The notes under the pieces are model-generated. The model saw only the letters and a program-made list of their open reading frames with translations, made no database searches and was not told the DNA's origin. Shown here one piece after another: positions 8,584 through 16,696 of a stretch of DNA of 46,105 nt. The DNA comes from an uncultured Halobacteriales archaeon (GTDB taxonomy: Archaea; Halobacteriota; Halobacteria; Halobacteriales; Hikarchaeaceae): positions 1-46,105 of the forward strand of contig CAZVOR010000001.1 in NCBI GenBank assembly GCA_964628745.1. The letters run 5' to 3'. Each line of letters starts with the position of its first letter. Positions within the stretch are counted from its first letter, which is position 1. Both the position numbers and the translations under genes were made by a program.

Positions 8584-9480
8584 TCAGTCGCCGGTCGCGT
8601 AGCGCTCCTCCCAGTCAGCGACGGTCGACAGCCCGGTCACCGCGTTGCGCCCCTCCCAGGTCACCAGTCGGTCCATGACGCCGGTCTGCGTGCCCGTCTC
8701 GACGATCTCGCCGTAGACGTCCTGCAGCGCCTTGAGCATCGCCTTGAAGCCGGTCGCGGGGAACAGCGCGAGGTCGTAACCAAGCGTCTCGAGTTCGTCA
8801 GCCGGGAGCATCGGCGTCTTCCCGCCCTCGGTCATGTTCGCCAGCATGGGCGCATCGATTCGCTCGGCCGCCTCGGCCAGCTCGTCGCGGCTCTCGGGCG
8901 CCTCGAAGAAGATGACGTCCGCGCCGGCATCGAGGTACGCCTCCGCCCGGTCGACGGCGTCGTCGAAGCCGCGGACGGTCCGGGCGTCGGTCCGCGCGAT
9001 GAGGACGAAGTCGTCGTCCGACCGTGCGTCGACCGCGGCGCGGAGCTTCGGGACCATCTGCTCGCGGGGGATGACGTCCTTGCCCTCGAAGTGGCCGCAG
9101 CGCTTCGGGAAGACCTGGTCCTCGATGTGGATGCCGGCGGCGCCCGCGCGCTCGAACTCCTCGACGGTCCGCCGGACGTTGATTGGATTGCCGTAGCCGG
9201 TGTCAGCGTCGCAGAACACGGGGACGTCCACGGCGGTGACCATCTGCCGGGCCCGTTCGGTCATCTCGGTCAGGGTCGTCAGCCCGACGTCGGGGTAGCC
9301 GTGCGTCGAGGTCGAGACGCTCGAGCCCGACATGTACACCACCTCGGCGCCGGCCTGCTGGGCGAGCTTGGCGCTCGCGGCGTCGTAGGCGCCCGGCGCC
9401 ACGATGATCTCGTCGTCGAACACCCGCTCGCGGAACGCCGTCGTCGCGCGCATGGCCCGGCCGAAGGGAGCCCCGGGCAT
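8584..9480 (-). CDS. isocitrate lyase / PEP mutase family protein, lyase-type (2-methylisocitrate-lyase-like)
   Basis: CDADTGYG, GIHIEDQVFPKRCGH (gating loop with the Cys typical of the C-C lyases, not of PEP mutases), LIARTDA. An alternative start is M10 (9453). Confidence 0.9.
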   Translation of the reverse strand: MPGAPFGRAMRATTAFRERVFDDEIIVAPGAYDAASAKLAQQAGAEVVYMSGSSVSTSTHGYPDVGLTTLTEMTERARQMVTAVDVPVFCDADTGYGNPINVRRTVEEFERAGAAGIHIEDQVFPKRCGHFEGKDVIPREQMVPKLRAAVDARSDDDFVLIARTDARTVRGFDDAVDRAEAYLDAGADVIFFEAPESRDELAEAAERIDAPMLANMTEGGKTPMLPADELETLGYDLALFPATGFKAMLKALQDVYGEIVETGTQTGVMDRLVTWEGRNAVTGLSTVADWEERYATGD

Positions 9481-9566
9481 AAGCGTTGACGAAGGAGCCG
9501 CACACCGTCCCCCGGGGCAATCCCCGCCTCGACGGTCGGTCGTCGAGGGGGCACCGCCACCAAATG

Positions 9567-9573
9567 TTTATAT
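9567..9573 (+). promoter_or_regulatory. TATA box (TTTATAT) for the 9597 small membrane protein gene
   Basis: Centred 27 nt upstream of ATG 9597. Confidence 0.45.
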
Positions 9574-9596
9574 CCGCGTCTCCGGAAAGGATACCC

Positions 9597-9926
9597 ATGA
9601 GCCAGGAGTTCGACGTCAGCGAGTTCCGGCAGAAGGACATCGTGGACTACTTGGACATGATCGTCAAGGGGCTGTACACCCTCGGCGCGCTGCTGTTCCT
9701 CGGGGGGTTATGGATCGACTGGCAGTCGCCCGGCGAGGTCGTCTTCAGCTTCCTCGTGTTTACCGACGAGCCGTACGCGAACAGCGGGCTGTTCATCATG
9801 GCCATCATCGTCATGGCCGTCGGATTCCTAATCTCCCAAATTGCCAACTTCATCGAGGAGCGCCGGTACGAGGAGCCGGAGGAGCAGACCCAGGAGTGGG
9901 TCGTGGACGTCCGCGCGGACCGGTAG
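9597..9926 (+). CDS. small membrane protein (109 aa, 2-3 TM, acidic tail)
   Basis: MSQEFDVSEF ... LYTLGALLFLGGLWI ... GLFIMAIIVMAVGFLISQI ... EERRYEEPEEQTQEW. ATG 9597 fits the TATA box; the upstream 37 codons of the track ORF are not coding-like. Confidence 0.6.
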   Translation: MSQEFDVSEFRQKDIVDYLDMIVKGLYTLGALLFLGGLWIDWQSPGEVVFSFLVFTDEPYANSGLFIMAIIVMAVGFLISQIANFIEERRYEEPEEQTQEWVVDVRADR

Positions 9927-10389
9927 CCCCCGAGATTCGATTCCAGCCACAGGCGTCGAGGCTGGCCGCGACCGACCCCGACATCCGCTGGCTGTTCGGG
10001 ATCATCACGGCCAAGTTCGAACTCCGTTCCCTGGCCCGAAGCGCTCGTGACCATCGGACGGTCCCTGACCCGTCGCTTGGTCGGGCATCGAGATGGCCGT
10101 CAGCCGCCCAGCCCGGTAGAATGTTCCGACGAACGACTCAGGGTCACGAAGTCGCCGCGCCCGTCGTCCAGCGCCGACTCGGCGGTTGGCGTAGCCGCGC
10201 CGCCCGACCAGCGCTGGCCCATCGCTGGCGTCCCGGATGGCGGTCGACCCCCGAACCGCGGGGCGCGAACCCGGCGCGGTCGTGAGCGCGGCTGTGACGC
10301 ATCCGCCAGCCGTTCGCCGTCCGACACGTCGGCTCTGCTGTCGGCATCGGGAGAAGCGAGAGTAGGTGGGGGGCGCGGTCGGGTCGGCG

Positions 10390-11298
10390 TCAGCCCTTGA
10401 CGCCGGCGCCGGCGGACAGCCCCTCGACGAGGTACTTCTGCAGGTAGGCGTACATCAGGATGGGCACGATGAGCGTCAGGAAGATACCCGCCATGATGAA
10501 GTGGAAGTTCCTGACGAAGAACGTCCCGCGTAGCTCGATGATGCCCGGCGCGAGCGTCTTGTGGATGGGATCGTGCGCCATGATGAGCGCCATCACGTAG
10601 TTGTGCCACGCCAGCAGGAACGCCAGCAGGAACACCGACGCGATGGCCGGCCGGGACAGCGGCAGGATGACGCGGAAGAACGCGCCAACCTGGGTGCAGC
10701 CGTCGACCCGCGCGGACTCCTCCAGGTTCTCCGGGAGGTCCTCGAAGAACCCGCGCAACAGCCAGATGTTGTACGGCAGCGTGAACGCGGTGAACGCCAG
10801 GATCAGCCCGATGTACGTGTTGATGAGGCCGATGTCGTTCATCAGCACGAAGATGGGGATGGCGATGAGCACGACCGGGAACATGAAGCCCGAGACCGAC
10901 AGTACGAACAGCCCGTTCTTCCAGGGGAACTGCAGCCGGGCGAACGAGTAGGCGGCGAAGATGGCCGCCACGGTCGCCAGCAGCGCGGTCCCGACGGAGA
11001 CGACGAACGTCGCCAGCGTGTACTCGATGAACGGGAAGGCGTGCCACATCGTCCGCCACGCAAGCCGGCCGGCCCACGGTTCTGGCTGGAACGTCACGAA
11101 CGGGATGCCCATCGTCGTCGTGAAGATGCCTTCCGGCGTCTTCAGGGAGTTGACGAAGCTGTAGTAGACCGGGCCGAGCATCCAGACCACCAGCACGGCG
11201 AGCATGACCCACTTCACGACCGGCTTGACGTGCTTCTCCCAGGTCAGCCCCAGCAGGGTCGAGGACCGCTCGAATGTGCGGCCCGATTCGGTTGCCAT
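10390..11298 (-). CDS. ABC transporter permease (CUT1, MalG-like)
   Basis: Six predicted TM segments and an EAA loop (EESARVDGCTQVGAFFRVILPLSRPA). The start overlaps the upstream permease stop (TGATG). Confidence 0.9.
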   Translation of the reverse strand: MATESGRTFERSSTLLGLTWEKHVKPVVKWVMLAVLVVWMLGPVYYSFVNSLKTPEGIFTTTMGIPFVTFQPEPWAGRLAWRTMWHAFPFIEYTLATFVVSVGTALLATVAAIFAAYSFARLQFPWKNGLFVLSVSGFMFPVVLIAIPIFVLMNDIGLINTYIGLILAFTAFTLPYNIWLLRGFFEDLPENLEESARVDGCTQVGAFFRVILPLSRPAIASVFLLAFLLAWHNYVMALIMAHDPIHKTLAPGIIELRGTFFVRNFHFIMAGIFLTLIVPILMYAYLQKYLVEGLSAGAGVKG

Positions 11299-12242
11299 CA
11301 GTCGTAGTCCCCCGTCTCGGTCTTAATCCACACGAAGATCAGTGGGATCAGCACCAGCGCGAACATCATCCCGAGCGCCGCGGCGCGGCCGAGGCTCCAG
11401 TTGACGAACGCCTGCTTGAAGATGATGACCGCGATGAACGAGGTGTAGTTCACCGGGCCGCCCTGGGTGACCCCCCATGGTATCGCCAGCTTCCCGACGG
11501 TGAACACCGTCCGGATCATCACGACCGTCACCAGCACCGTCCGCAGGTGCGGAATGGTGATGTAGCGGAACCGCTGGACCGGCCCCGCGCCGTCGACGGT
11601 CGCCATCTCGTACAGCGAGCTGGGGATGGACTGGACGCCGGCCAGGAAGACGATGTACATGAAGCCGAAGTCACGCCACACCTTCGCGATGACGACGCCC
11701 CAGAACGCCCATGGCGTGTTGGACGTGATGCCCCCCGCCTGCGGGATGGGGAAGAAGGTATCCATGATCTGGTAGATGACGCCGTACGTGTCGCCCTGCT
11801 CCATGATGCCGAACAGCAGTCCGGCGGCGATTGGCGGGGCCGCGTAGCCCGCGAGCATGATGCCCCGGAAGATGGGCCGTGCGGGCATCGCCTCGTTCAT
11901 CGTCAGCGCGGCCGCGAGTGCGACCACGAGGTCGAACGGGACGACGACCAGCTCGTACAGCAGCGTCATCTTGATGCTGAACAGCATCAGGTCGGCGCCG
12001 CCGCCGAACAGCCAGTACTCGTAGTTCGTCAGCCCGACCCACGGGTTGAGCTGGTCAGGGTTGAGGGTGAACTGCCGGAACGACAGCAGGAACCCGTACT
12101 GTATCATCGGGATGACCACGATGAGCGTCAGCAACACGAGCGTCGGCAGCAGGAACAGCAGGCCCTGCAGGCCACCGTACTCCTCGAGTACGCGATCGGC
12201 CAGGCCACGTTCCCGGCTGAGTTGCTCCTCTATGGTCGCCAT
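11298..12242 (-). CDS. ABC transporter permease (CUT1, MalF-like)
   Basis: EAA loop YEMATVDGAGPVQRFRYITIPHLR and multiple TM helices. Confidence 0.9.
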   Translation of the reverse strand: MATIEEQLSRERGLADRVLEEYGGLQGLLFLLPTLVLLTLIVVIPMIQYGFLLSFRQFTLNPDQLNPWVGLTNYEYWLFGGGADLMLFSIKMTLLYELVVVPFDLVVALAAALTMNEAMPARPIFRGIMLAGYAAPPIAAGLLFGIMEQGDTYGVIYQIMDTFFPIPQAGGITSNTPWAFWGVVIAKVWRDFGFMYIVFLAGVQSIPSSLYEMATVDGAGPVQRFRYITIPHLRTVLVTVVMIRTVFTVGKLAIPWGVTQGGPVNYTSFIAVIIFKQAFVNWSLGRAAALGMMFALVLIPLIFVWIKTETGDYD

Positions 12243-12298
12243 GTCACGGTGCCTCCGTTTGTGAGCGGTTGGTTCTGCGGGTGGTCAGGGTCATTGTC

Positions 12299-13468
12299 TC
12301 ACTCCTCGGGGTCCCTGCCGGCACTACCGTCGGCGATGACCTCCGGGTCCGAGCCGGCGGGTGCGGCCACCTCGGCGACGTTCCCCCACTTGACCACCTT
12401 CGGCCCCTCGGGGCTGAAGAAGTGGGCGTTCTGCCAGGCGACGTCGATGCCGACGGGGTCGTTCTCCTCGACGTCCTCGGACGACGAGATGACGGCGTTG
12501 ATGCGCCGGTCGCCGACGTGGAAGTAGATGATGTGCCGGTCCCCGATGGGCTCGATGACGTCGATGGTCGAGTCGAACGTGCCCTGGCCGGGCTCGGTGA
12601 CGTACATGTCCTCCGGTCGGATGCCGAGGATGACGTCCGAGCCGGGCAGCCCCCCCGAGAGCTCGTTACTGACGGCGTCGGGCAGGTCGACCTCGAAGTA
12701 CTCCGACTCGACGCGCTCGCCGTCGTAGGTCATCTCGAAGAAGTTGATGGCCGGGCTCCCGATGAAGTCGGCCACGAACAGGCTGTCCGGGTCGTGGTAG
12801 ATGACCTCCGGCGTGTCGATCTGCTCGATGCGGCCGGCGTTCATCACGGCGATGCGGTCCCCCATCGTCATCGCCTCCTCCTGGTCGTGCGTGACGAACA
12901 CGGTCGCGACGTCGAGCTCGCGCTGGAGCTCCTGGATCTCCGTGCGCATGATGGCCCGGAGCTTGGCGTCCAGGTTCGACAGCGGCTCGTCGAGCAGGAA
13001 CAGTGCCGGCTCCCGGACGATGGCCCGGCCGAGCGCCACGCGCTGTTGCTGCCCGCCGGACAGCTGGGTCGGGTACCGGTCGAGCAGGTCGCCGATGCCC
13101 ATCATGTCCGCGGCCCAGCGGACCTGCTTGTCCATGGTGGCCTCGTCGGCGCCGCGCATCCGGAGGCCGAACGCCATGTTCTCGAAGACCGTCATCGACG
13201 GGTACAGCGCGTAGTTCTGGAACACCATCGAGATGTCCCGGTCCTTCGGCGGGAGCGTCGTCACGTCGTGCTCGCCGAACTTGATGGTGCCCGAGTCCGG
13301 GCGCTCCAGTCCGGCGATGCACCTGAGGGTCGTCGACTTCCCGCAGCCGCTCGGTCCGACGAGCACGATGAGCTCGCCTTCCTCGATGTGGAGGTCGATG
13401 TTGTCGACCGCCACGACCCTCCCGTCGTTGAACGTCTTTCGTACCCCTTCGAGCGTTGCGTCAACCAT
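12299..13468 (-). CDS. ABC transporter ATP-binding protein (MalK/UgpC-like, with C-terminal regulatory domain)
   Basis: Walker A GPSGCGKST, Q-loop, signature LSGGQQQRV, Walker B FLLDEPLSNLD, H-loop VTHDQ. A C-terminal domain of about 140 aa follows. Confidence 0.95.
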   Translation of the reverse strand: MVDATLEGVRKTFNDGRVVAVDNIDLHIEEGELIVLVGPSGCGKSTTLRCIAGLERPDSGTIKFGEHDVTTLPPKDRDISMVFQNYALYPSMTVFENMAFGLRMRGADEATMDKQVRWAADMMGIGDLLDRYPTQLSGGQQQRVALGRAIVREPALFLLDEPLSNLDAKLRAIMRTEIQELQRELDVATVFVTHDQEEAMTMGDRIAVMNAGRIEQIDTPEVIYHDPDSLFVADFIGSPAINFFEMTYDGERVESEYFEVDLPDAVSNELSGGLPGSDVILGIRPEDMYVTEPGQGTFDSTIDVIEPIGDRHIIYFHVGDRRINAVISSSEDVEENDPVGIDVAWQNAHFFSPEGPKVVKWGNVAEVAAPAGSDPEVIADGSAGRDPEE

Positions 13469-13531
13469 TTCTGAGTACCCCGTTTCGTGCGCCTGTCATA
13501 GTCGGTCGATCGGTCGCTCGACGGGTGGTCG

Positions 13532-13822
13532 TCATTCGACGGGCCCCTCCGTCAGCGAGTCCCCGCCCTCGGCCTTGGCGTATCCGAGCGAGAACTTCTT
13601 CTTTCTGAGATACGACATGATGGCCGGGACGAACATCAGCGACCCCGTGATGAGGGAGGCGATGACGATGCCGCCCTCGATGGTGCCGGCGTCCCCTACT
13701 GTCCCGACGATCCAGAAGTACACCGGAACGCTCGCCAGCGCGTACACCAAGACGGACACCAACACCAGGTGTTCGTCGAGGATACGGTAGGCCGTTGATG
13801 ACTTCTGGTCATGTGTTGCCAT
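13532..13822 (-). CDS. small membrane protein (96 aa), first gene of the ABC ATPase/permease operon
   Basis: HLVLVSVLVYALASVPVYFWIV and GGIVIASLITGSLMFVPAIM hydrophobic helices. A TATA box lies 28 nt upstream. Third-position GC is visibly lower than in neighbouring genes, so the call is less certain. Confidence 0.55.
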   Translation of the reverse strand: MATHDQKSSTAYRILDEHLVLVSVLVYALASVPVYFWIVGTVGDAGTIEGGIVIASLITGSLMFVPAIMSYLRKKKFSLGYAKAEGGDSLTEGPVE

Positions 13823-13830
13823 ACACCCCT

Positions 13831-13858
13831 ATCCTTTGTATTAGGATTAATAAATCCT
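13831..13858 (-). promoter_or_regulatory. ABC operon promoter: TATA box embedded in overlapping palindromes
   Basis: The plus strand reads ATCCT-TTGTATT-AGGATT-AATA-AATCCT. This gives two inverted repeats: ATCCT/AGGAT, and AGGATT/AATCCT with the AATA spacer. TTAATAAA (13847-13854, minus-strand TTTATTAA) is centred 28 nt upstream of ATG 13822. Confidence 0.45.
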
Positions 13859-14248
13859 TGCACTAGGGAGGTCTCGATTCCGCCGCACTCGCGGGTAACT
13901 GCCGACCTCACGGCGATGGCGACCCGAGTTCGTTCGGCGGCGCGGTCCGTCCGGGTCGAGCGCCCTCGCGCGCCCAGGCCTGCGCGCGTGTAACCCAATC
14001 GAGCGTGATTTCAGTATGATTCGGCCAGCGTTTCCCGTCGGCCCGTGTTTCCCGACCGCTGCCCGCCCCCTTCCGCCGGTCGCCCCGCCGACCCGCACTG
14101 CTCGTTCGAGCTCCGCCGGTCCCGTTCGCGCGCTCGGTCCGTGGCCCGCCGCCGACCCGGCTCGACACGACCGCCGATCGCTCCCGGCGCCCGCCAGCCG
14201 ACCCGCCGCGGGACGCCGGCCGTCGGCGACGACGACGCCATACAAAGG

Positions 14249-14256
14249 GTTATTAC
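14249..14256 (+). promoter_or_regulatory. TATA-like box (GTTATTAC) for CoA-transferase 1
   Basis: The box begins 30 nt upstream of ATG 14279. The ACAD promoter at 26119 has the same GTTATT hexamer at the same spacing. Confidence 0.4.
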
Positions 14257-14278
14257 GCTGGTCGAAAACCGACGGCGT

Positions 14279-15538
14279 ATGACCGACGGAGCGTCGGCGT
14301 CGCGCCTGCTCGACGGCATCACCGTGCTGGACCTCACGACCTTCGTCACCGGCGGCTTCGCGACGCTGATGCTCGCCAACCAGGGCGCCGAGGTCATCAA
14401 GGTGGAGCGGCCGGAAGTCGGCGACGACAACCGCCACTCCGGCCCGCCGTTCGTCGACGCCAGCGGCTACGACGGTCCCGGCGTCACGGCGGCCGAGCGC
14501 GGCGAGTCGCCCTACTTCTGGACCGTCAACTACGGCAAGCGGAGCGTCGAGCTGGACCTCAAGTCCGACCCCGCCCGCGAGGCGCTCTACGACCTCGCGG
14601 CCGAGGCCGACGTCTTCGTCGAGAACTTCCGGCCCGGCACGGCCGAGCGGCTCGGCGTGGGCTACGAGGACATCCGCGAGCACAACGAGCAGATCGTCTA
14701 CTGTGCCATCTCGGCGTTCGGCGAGACCGGCCCGTGGAGCCAGCGACCGGGCTACGACCTGCTCGTGCAGGGGACCAGCGGCATCATGTCGGTGACGGGA
14801 CCCGAGGGCGGCGACCCCGTGAAGGTCGGCGTGCCCGAGACCGACCTCATCACGGCGATGTGGTCGGCGTTCGGCATCGTCGGCGCGCTGTTCCGGCGCG
14901 ACCGGACCGGCGAGGGCGAGCGCATCGAGCTCGGCATGCACGACGCCACGCTCCCGTGGCTGACCAAACAGGCCGGCAGGGCGTTCGCCGGGGAGGAACC
15001 CGAGCGGCTCGGCACGAAGGACCCCGTGCTGGCCCCGTACCAGTCCTACCCGACCGCCGACGGCCACCTCAACGTCGGGTGTGCCAACCAGAAGCTCTGG
15101 GGGCAGCTCTGCGAGGCCATCGGCCGCCCCGAGCTCGACGACGACCCCCGGTTCGCGTCCAACGCCGACCGGGTCGAGCACGCCGACGAACTCGAGGCCG
15201 AGCTCGCCGAGGCGTTCGAGCAGCGGACGACCGAGGAGTGGGTGACGCTGCTCGCCGACGAGCACGGCCTGCCGGTCGGGCCGGTGCTCTCGGTCCGGGA
15301 CGCGCTGTACAACGAGCAGACCGAGGCCCGCGGGGTCGTGACCGAGCTCGAACACCCGGCCGCCGGCCCCATCCCGGTCATCGAGCATCCGCTGCGCTTC
15401 CAGCGGGCCGAGTCCGGGTTCGGGGAGGCGCCGCCGCTGCTCGGCGAGGACACCGAGGCCGTGCTGCGCGAGGCGGGCTACGACGACGCCGCCGTCGCGT
15501 CGCTTCGAGACGTCGGCGCCATCCCGGACCGGGAGTGA
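14279..15538 (+). CDS. type III (CaiB/BaiF family) CoA-transferase 1
   Basis: LDGITVLDLTTFVTGGFATLMLANQGAEVIKVERP, NYGKRS, and RPGYDLLVQGTSGIMSVTG (catalytic Asp motif). ATG 14279; upstream ORF codons are not coding-like. Confidence 0.9.
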   Translation: MTDGASASRLLDGITVLDLTTFVTGGFATLMLANQGAEVIKVERPEVGDDNRHSGPPFVDASGYDGPGVTAAERGESPYFWTVNYGKRSVELDLKSDPAREALYDLAAEADVFVENFRPGTAERLGVGYEDIREHNEQIVYCAISAFGETGPWSQRPGYDLLVQGTSGIMSVTGPEGGDPVKVGVPETDLITAMWSAFGIVGALFRRDRTGEGERIELGMHDATLPWLTKQAGRAFAGEEPERLGTKDPVLAPYQSYPTADGHLNVGCANQKLWGQLCEAIGRPELDDDPRFASNADRVEHADELEAELAEAFEQRTTEEWVTLLADEHGLPVGPVLSVRDALYNEQTEARGVVTELEHPAAGPIPVIEHPLRFQRAESGFGEAPPLLGEDTEAVLREAGYDDAAVASLRDVGAIPDRE

Positions 15539-15621
15539 GCGGCCACCACCTGACCGGGAGCGACCGGTCGGCACCACCCGGTTCCCCGGTCCAGCCCCGG
15601 TGACGAACCTTCCACCGACGC

Positions 15622-16023
15622 TCAGCGCCCCTCGAACGCCTCGATGGCCTCGCGCCACCCCTCGGGTATCGGCACCGACTCGCCCGTCTCCCGGTCGATG
15701 ACGACCTGCACGGTCTCGGCCGTCGCGGCGACCGCGCCCGAGGCGACGACCTCGTACGCCATCGGGATGGAGGAGTCGCCCAGCCGGGGGACCGACACCG
15801 AGACCTCGACCGTCCCGTCGTCGAGCTCGATCGGCGCCCGGTAATCCACGGAGAGGTGGGCCAGCACGGTGTCCGCCTCGGCCAGGGAGCTGCCGACGAC
15901 GTCGCGGTAGTACCCCACCCGCGCGTGCTCGAGGTAGGTCGCGTAGACCGCGTTGTTCACGTGGCCCATCGCGTCGATGTCCCGGAAGCGGACGGTGACG
16001 TCCACCGCGTAGTCGTCGGCCAT
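15622..16023 (-). CDS. hotdog-fold acyl-CoA thioesterase (4HBT/YbgC-like)
   Basis: 133 aa. VRFRDIDAMGHVNNAVYATYLEHAR is the typical N-terminal catalytic Asp motif. Confidence 0.85.
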   Translation of the reverse strand: MADDYAVDVTVRFRDIDAMGHVNNAVYATYLEHARVGYYRDVVGSSLAEADTVLAHLSVDYRAPIELDDGTVEVSVSVPRLGDSSIPMAYEVVASGAVAATAETVQVVIDRETGESVPIPEGWREAIEAFEGR

Positions 16024-16182
16024 CGAGTCGGGATGCGCGGGCGCGGACCAAAACCGCTCCGACGAATCTGCGCCGACCGTCGCCCGGGGCCCGGCCCGCG
16101 CGCCCCCCGCCGAGTCGCCCGTGCCGCGAGTTCGATAGCCGGGCCCCGCGCGTTTTTTGGCGGTTGCGCCCCCGGTGGGGCC

Positions 16183-16650
16183 ATGGGCGAGTCGAGGGAC
16201 CCGGACGAGCGCTACCGCGGCAGGCACACCTCGCGGGTCGAACCGGAGGCCGTCGAGCGGGAGGGGTTCCTGGCGAAGGTGCCCGAGTGGGTCGTCCCGC
16301 TCGGGGCCGGGTTCCTGCTGACCTCGACGCTCGTCACGGCGGTGATGACGGCCCTCACGGGCTACCTGCTGGTGACGGGGAACTACGCCGGCGCGCTCGA
16401 GCCGTTCGAACAGTTCCGGCCCCGGATGATCCTCGCGTTCCTCCAGTCGCTGTTCGCGACCGTCTTCCAGGGCGTCGGGACCTACTTCGCCCGCCGGCGG
16501 ACCCACTGGGGAACGGCGCTGCTCGCGGGCATCTTCGGCTCGCTCGTGTTCATCACGCTGCCGTTCACCGTCCCGGCGCTCGTCCTCCTCGGGCTCGGCA
16601 AGTACCACTTCGCGCTGTCCACGCCCGTCGACCGCATCCGCGGGGAGTGA
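16183..16650 (+). CDS. hypothetical membrane protein (about 4 TM)
   Basis: VVPLGAGFLLTSTLVTAVMTALTGYLLV, MILAFLQSLFATVF, ALLAGIFGSLVFITLPFTVPALVLLGL. ATG 16183 lies about 25 nt after a T6 / TATA-like stretch. Confidence 0.6.
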   Translation: MGESRDPDERYRGRHTSRVEPEAVEREGFLAKVPEWVVPLGAGFLLTSTLVTAVMTALTGYLLVTGNYAGALEPFEQFRPRMILAFLQSLFATVFQGVGTYFARRRTHWGTALLAGIFGSLVFITLPFTVPALVLLGLGKYHFALSTPVDRIRGE

Positions 16651-16666
16651 CCGGGCGGCCACCGGG

Positions 16667-16676
16667 ATACTTATCC
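16667..16676 (+). promoter_or_regulatory. TATA-like box (ATACTTATCC) for MmgE/PrpD-2
   Basis: Centred about 26 nt upstream of ATG 16697. Confidence 0.4.
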
Positions 16677-16696
16677 ACGCGCGACCAAGGCCGGCC

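Noticed and set aside
4176-9480. The idea that the alkaline-phosphatase-family gene plus the PEP-mutase-family gene mark a phosphonate biosynthesis or catabolism cluster.
   Set aside because: The PEP-mutase-family protein carries the KRCGH Cys gating loop typical of C-C lyases (isocitrate or methylisocitrate lyase type), not of PEP mutase. The two genes are separated by unrelated genes, and no other phosphonate genes (phn, ppd, AEP transaminase) are visible.
9990-10030. A GTTCGAA motif (AAGTTCGAACTCC) resembling a tRNA T-loop. Similar cases: GATTCGATTCC at 9935 and GGTTCGAGA at 30331.
   Set aside because: The flanking bases cannot form a T-stem, acceptor stem or anticodon arm. I could not fold a cloverleaf around any of these sites.
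13811-14168. Track ORFs in the long divergent intergenic region: 13811-13993 (+), 13908-14168 (-), 14016-14282 (+).
   Set aside because: They show no third-position GC enrichment, have Arg/Pro/Ser-rich translations, and overlap each other. I treated the region as non-coding.
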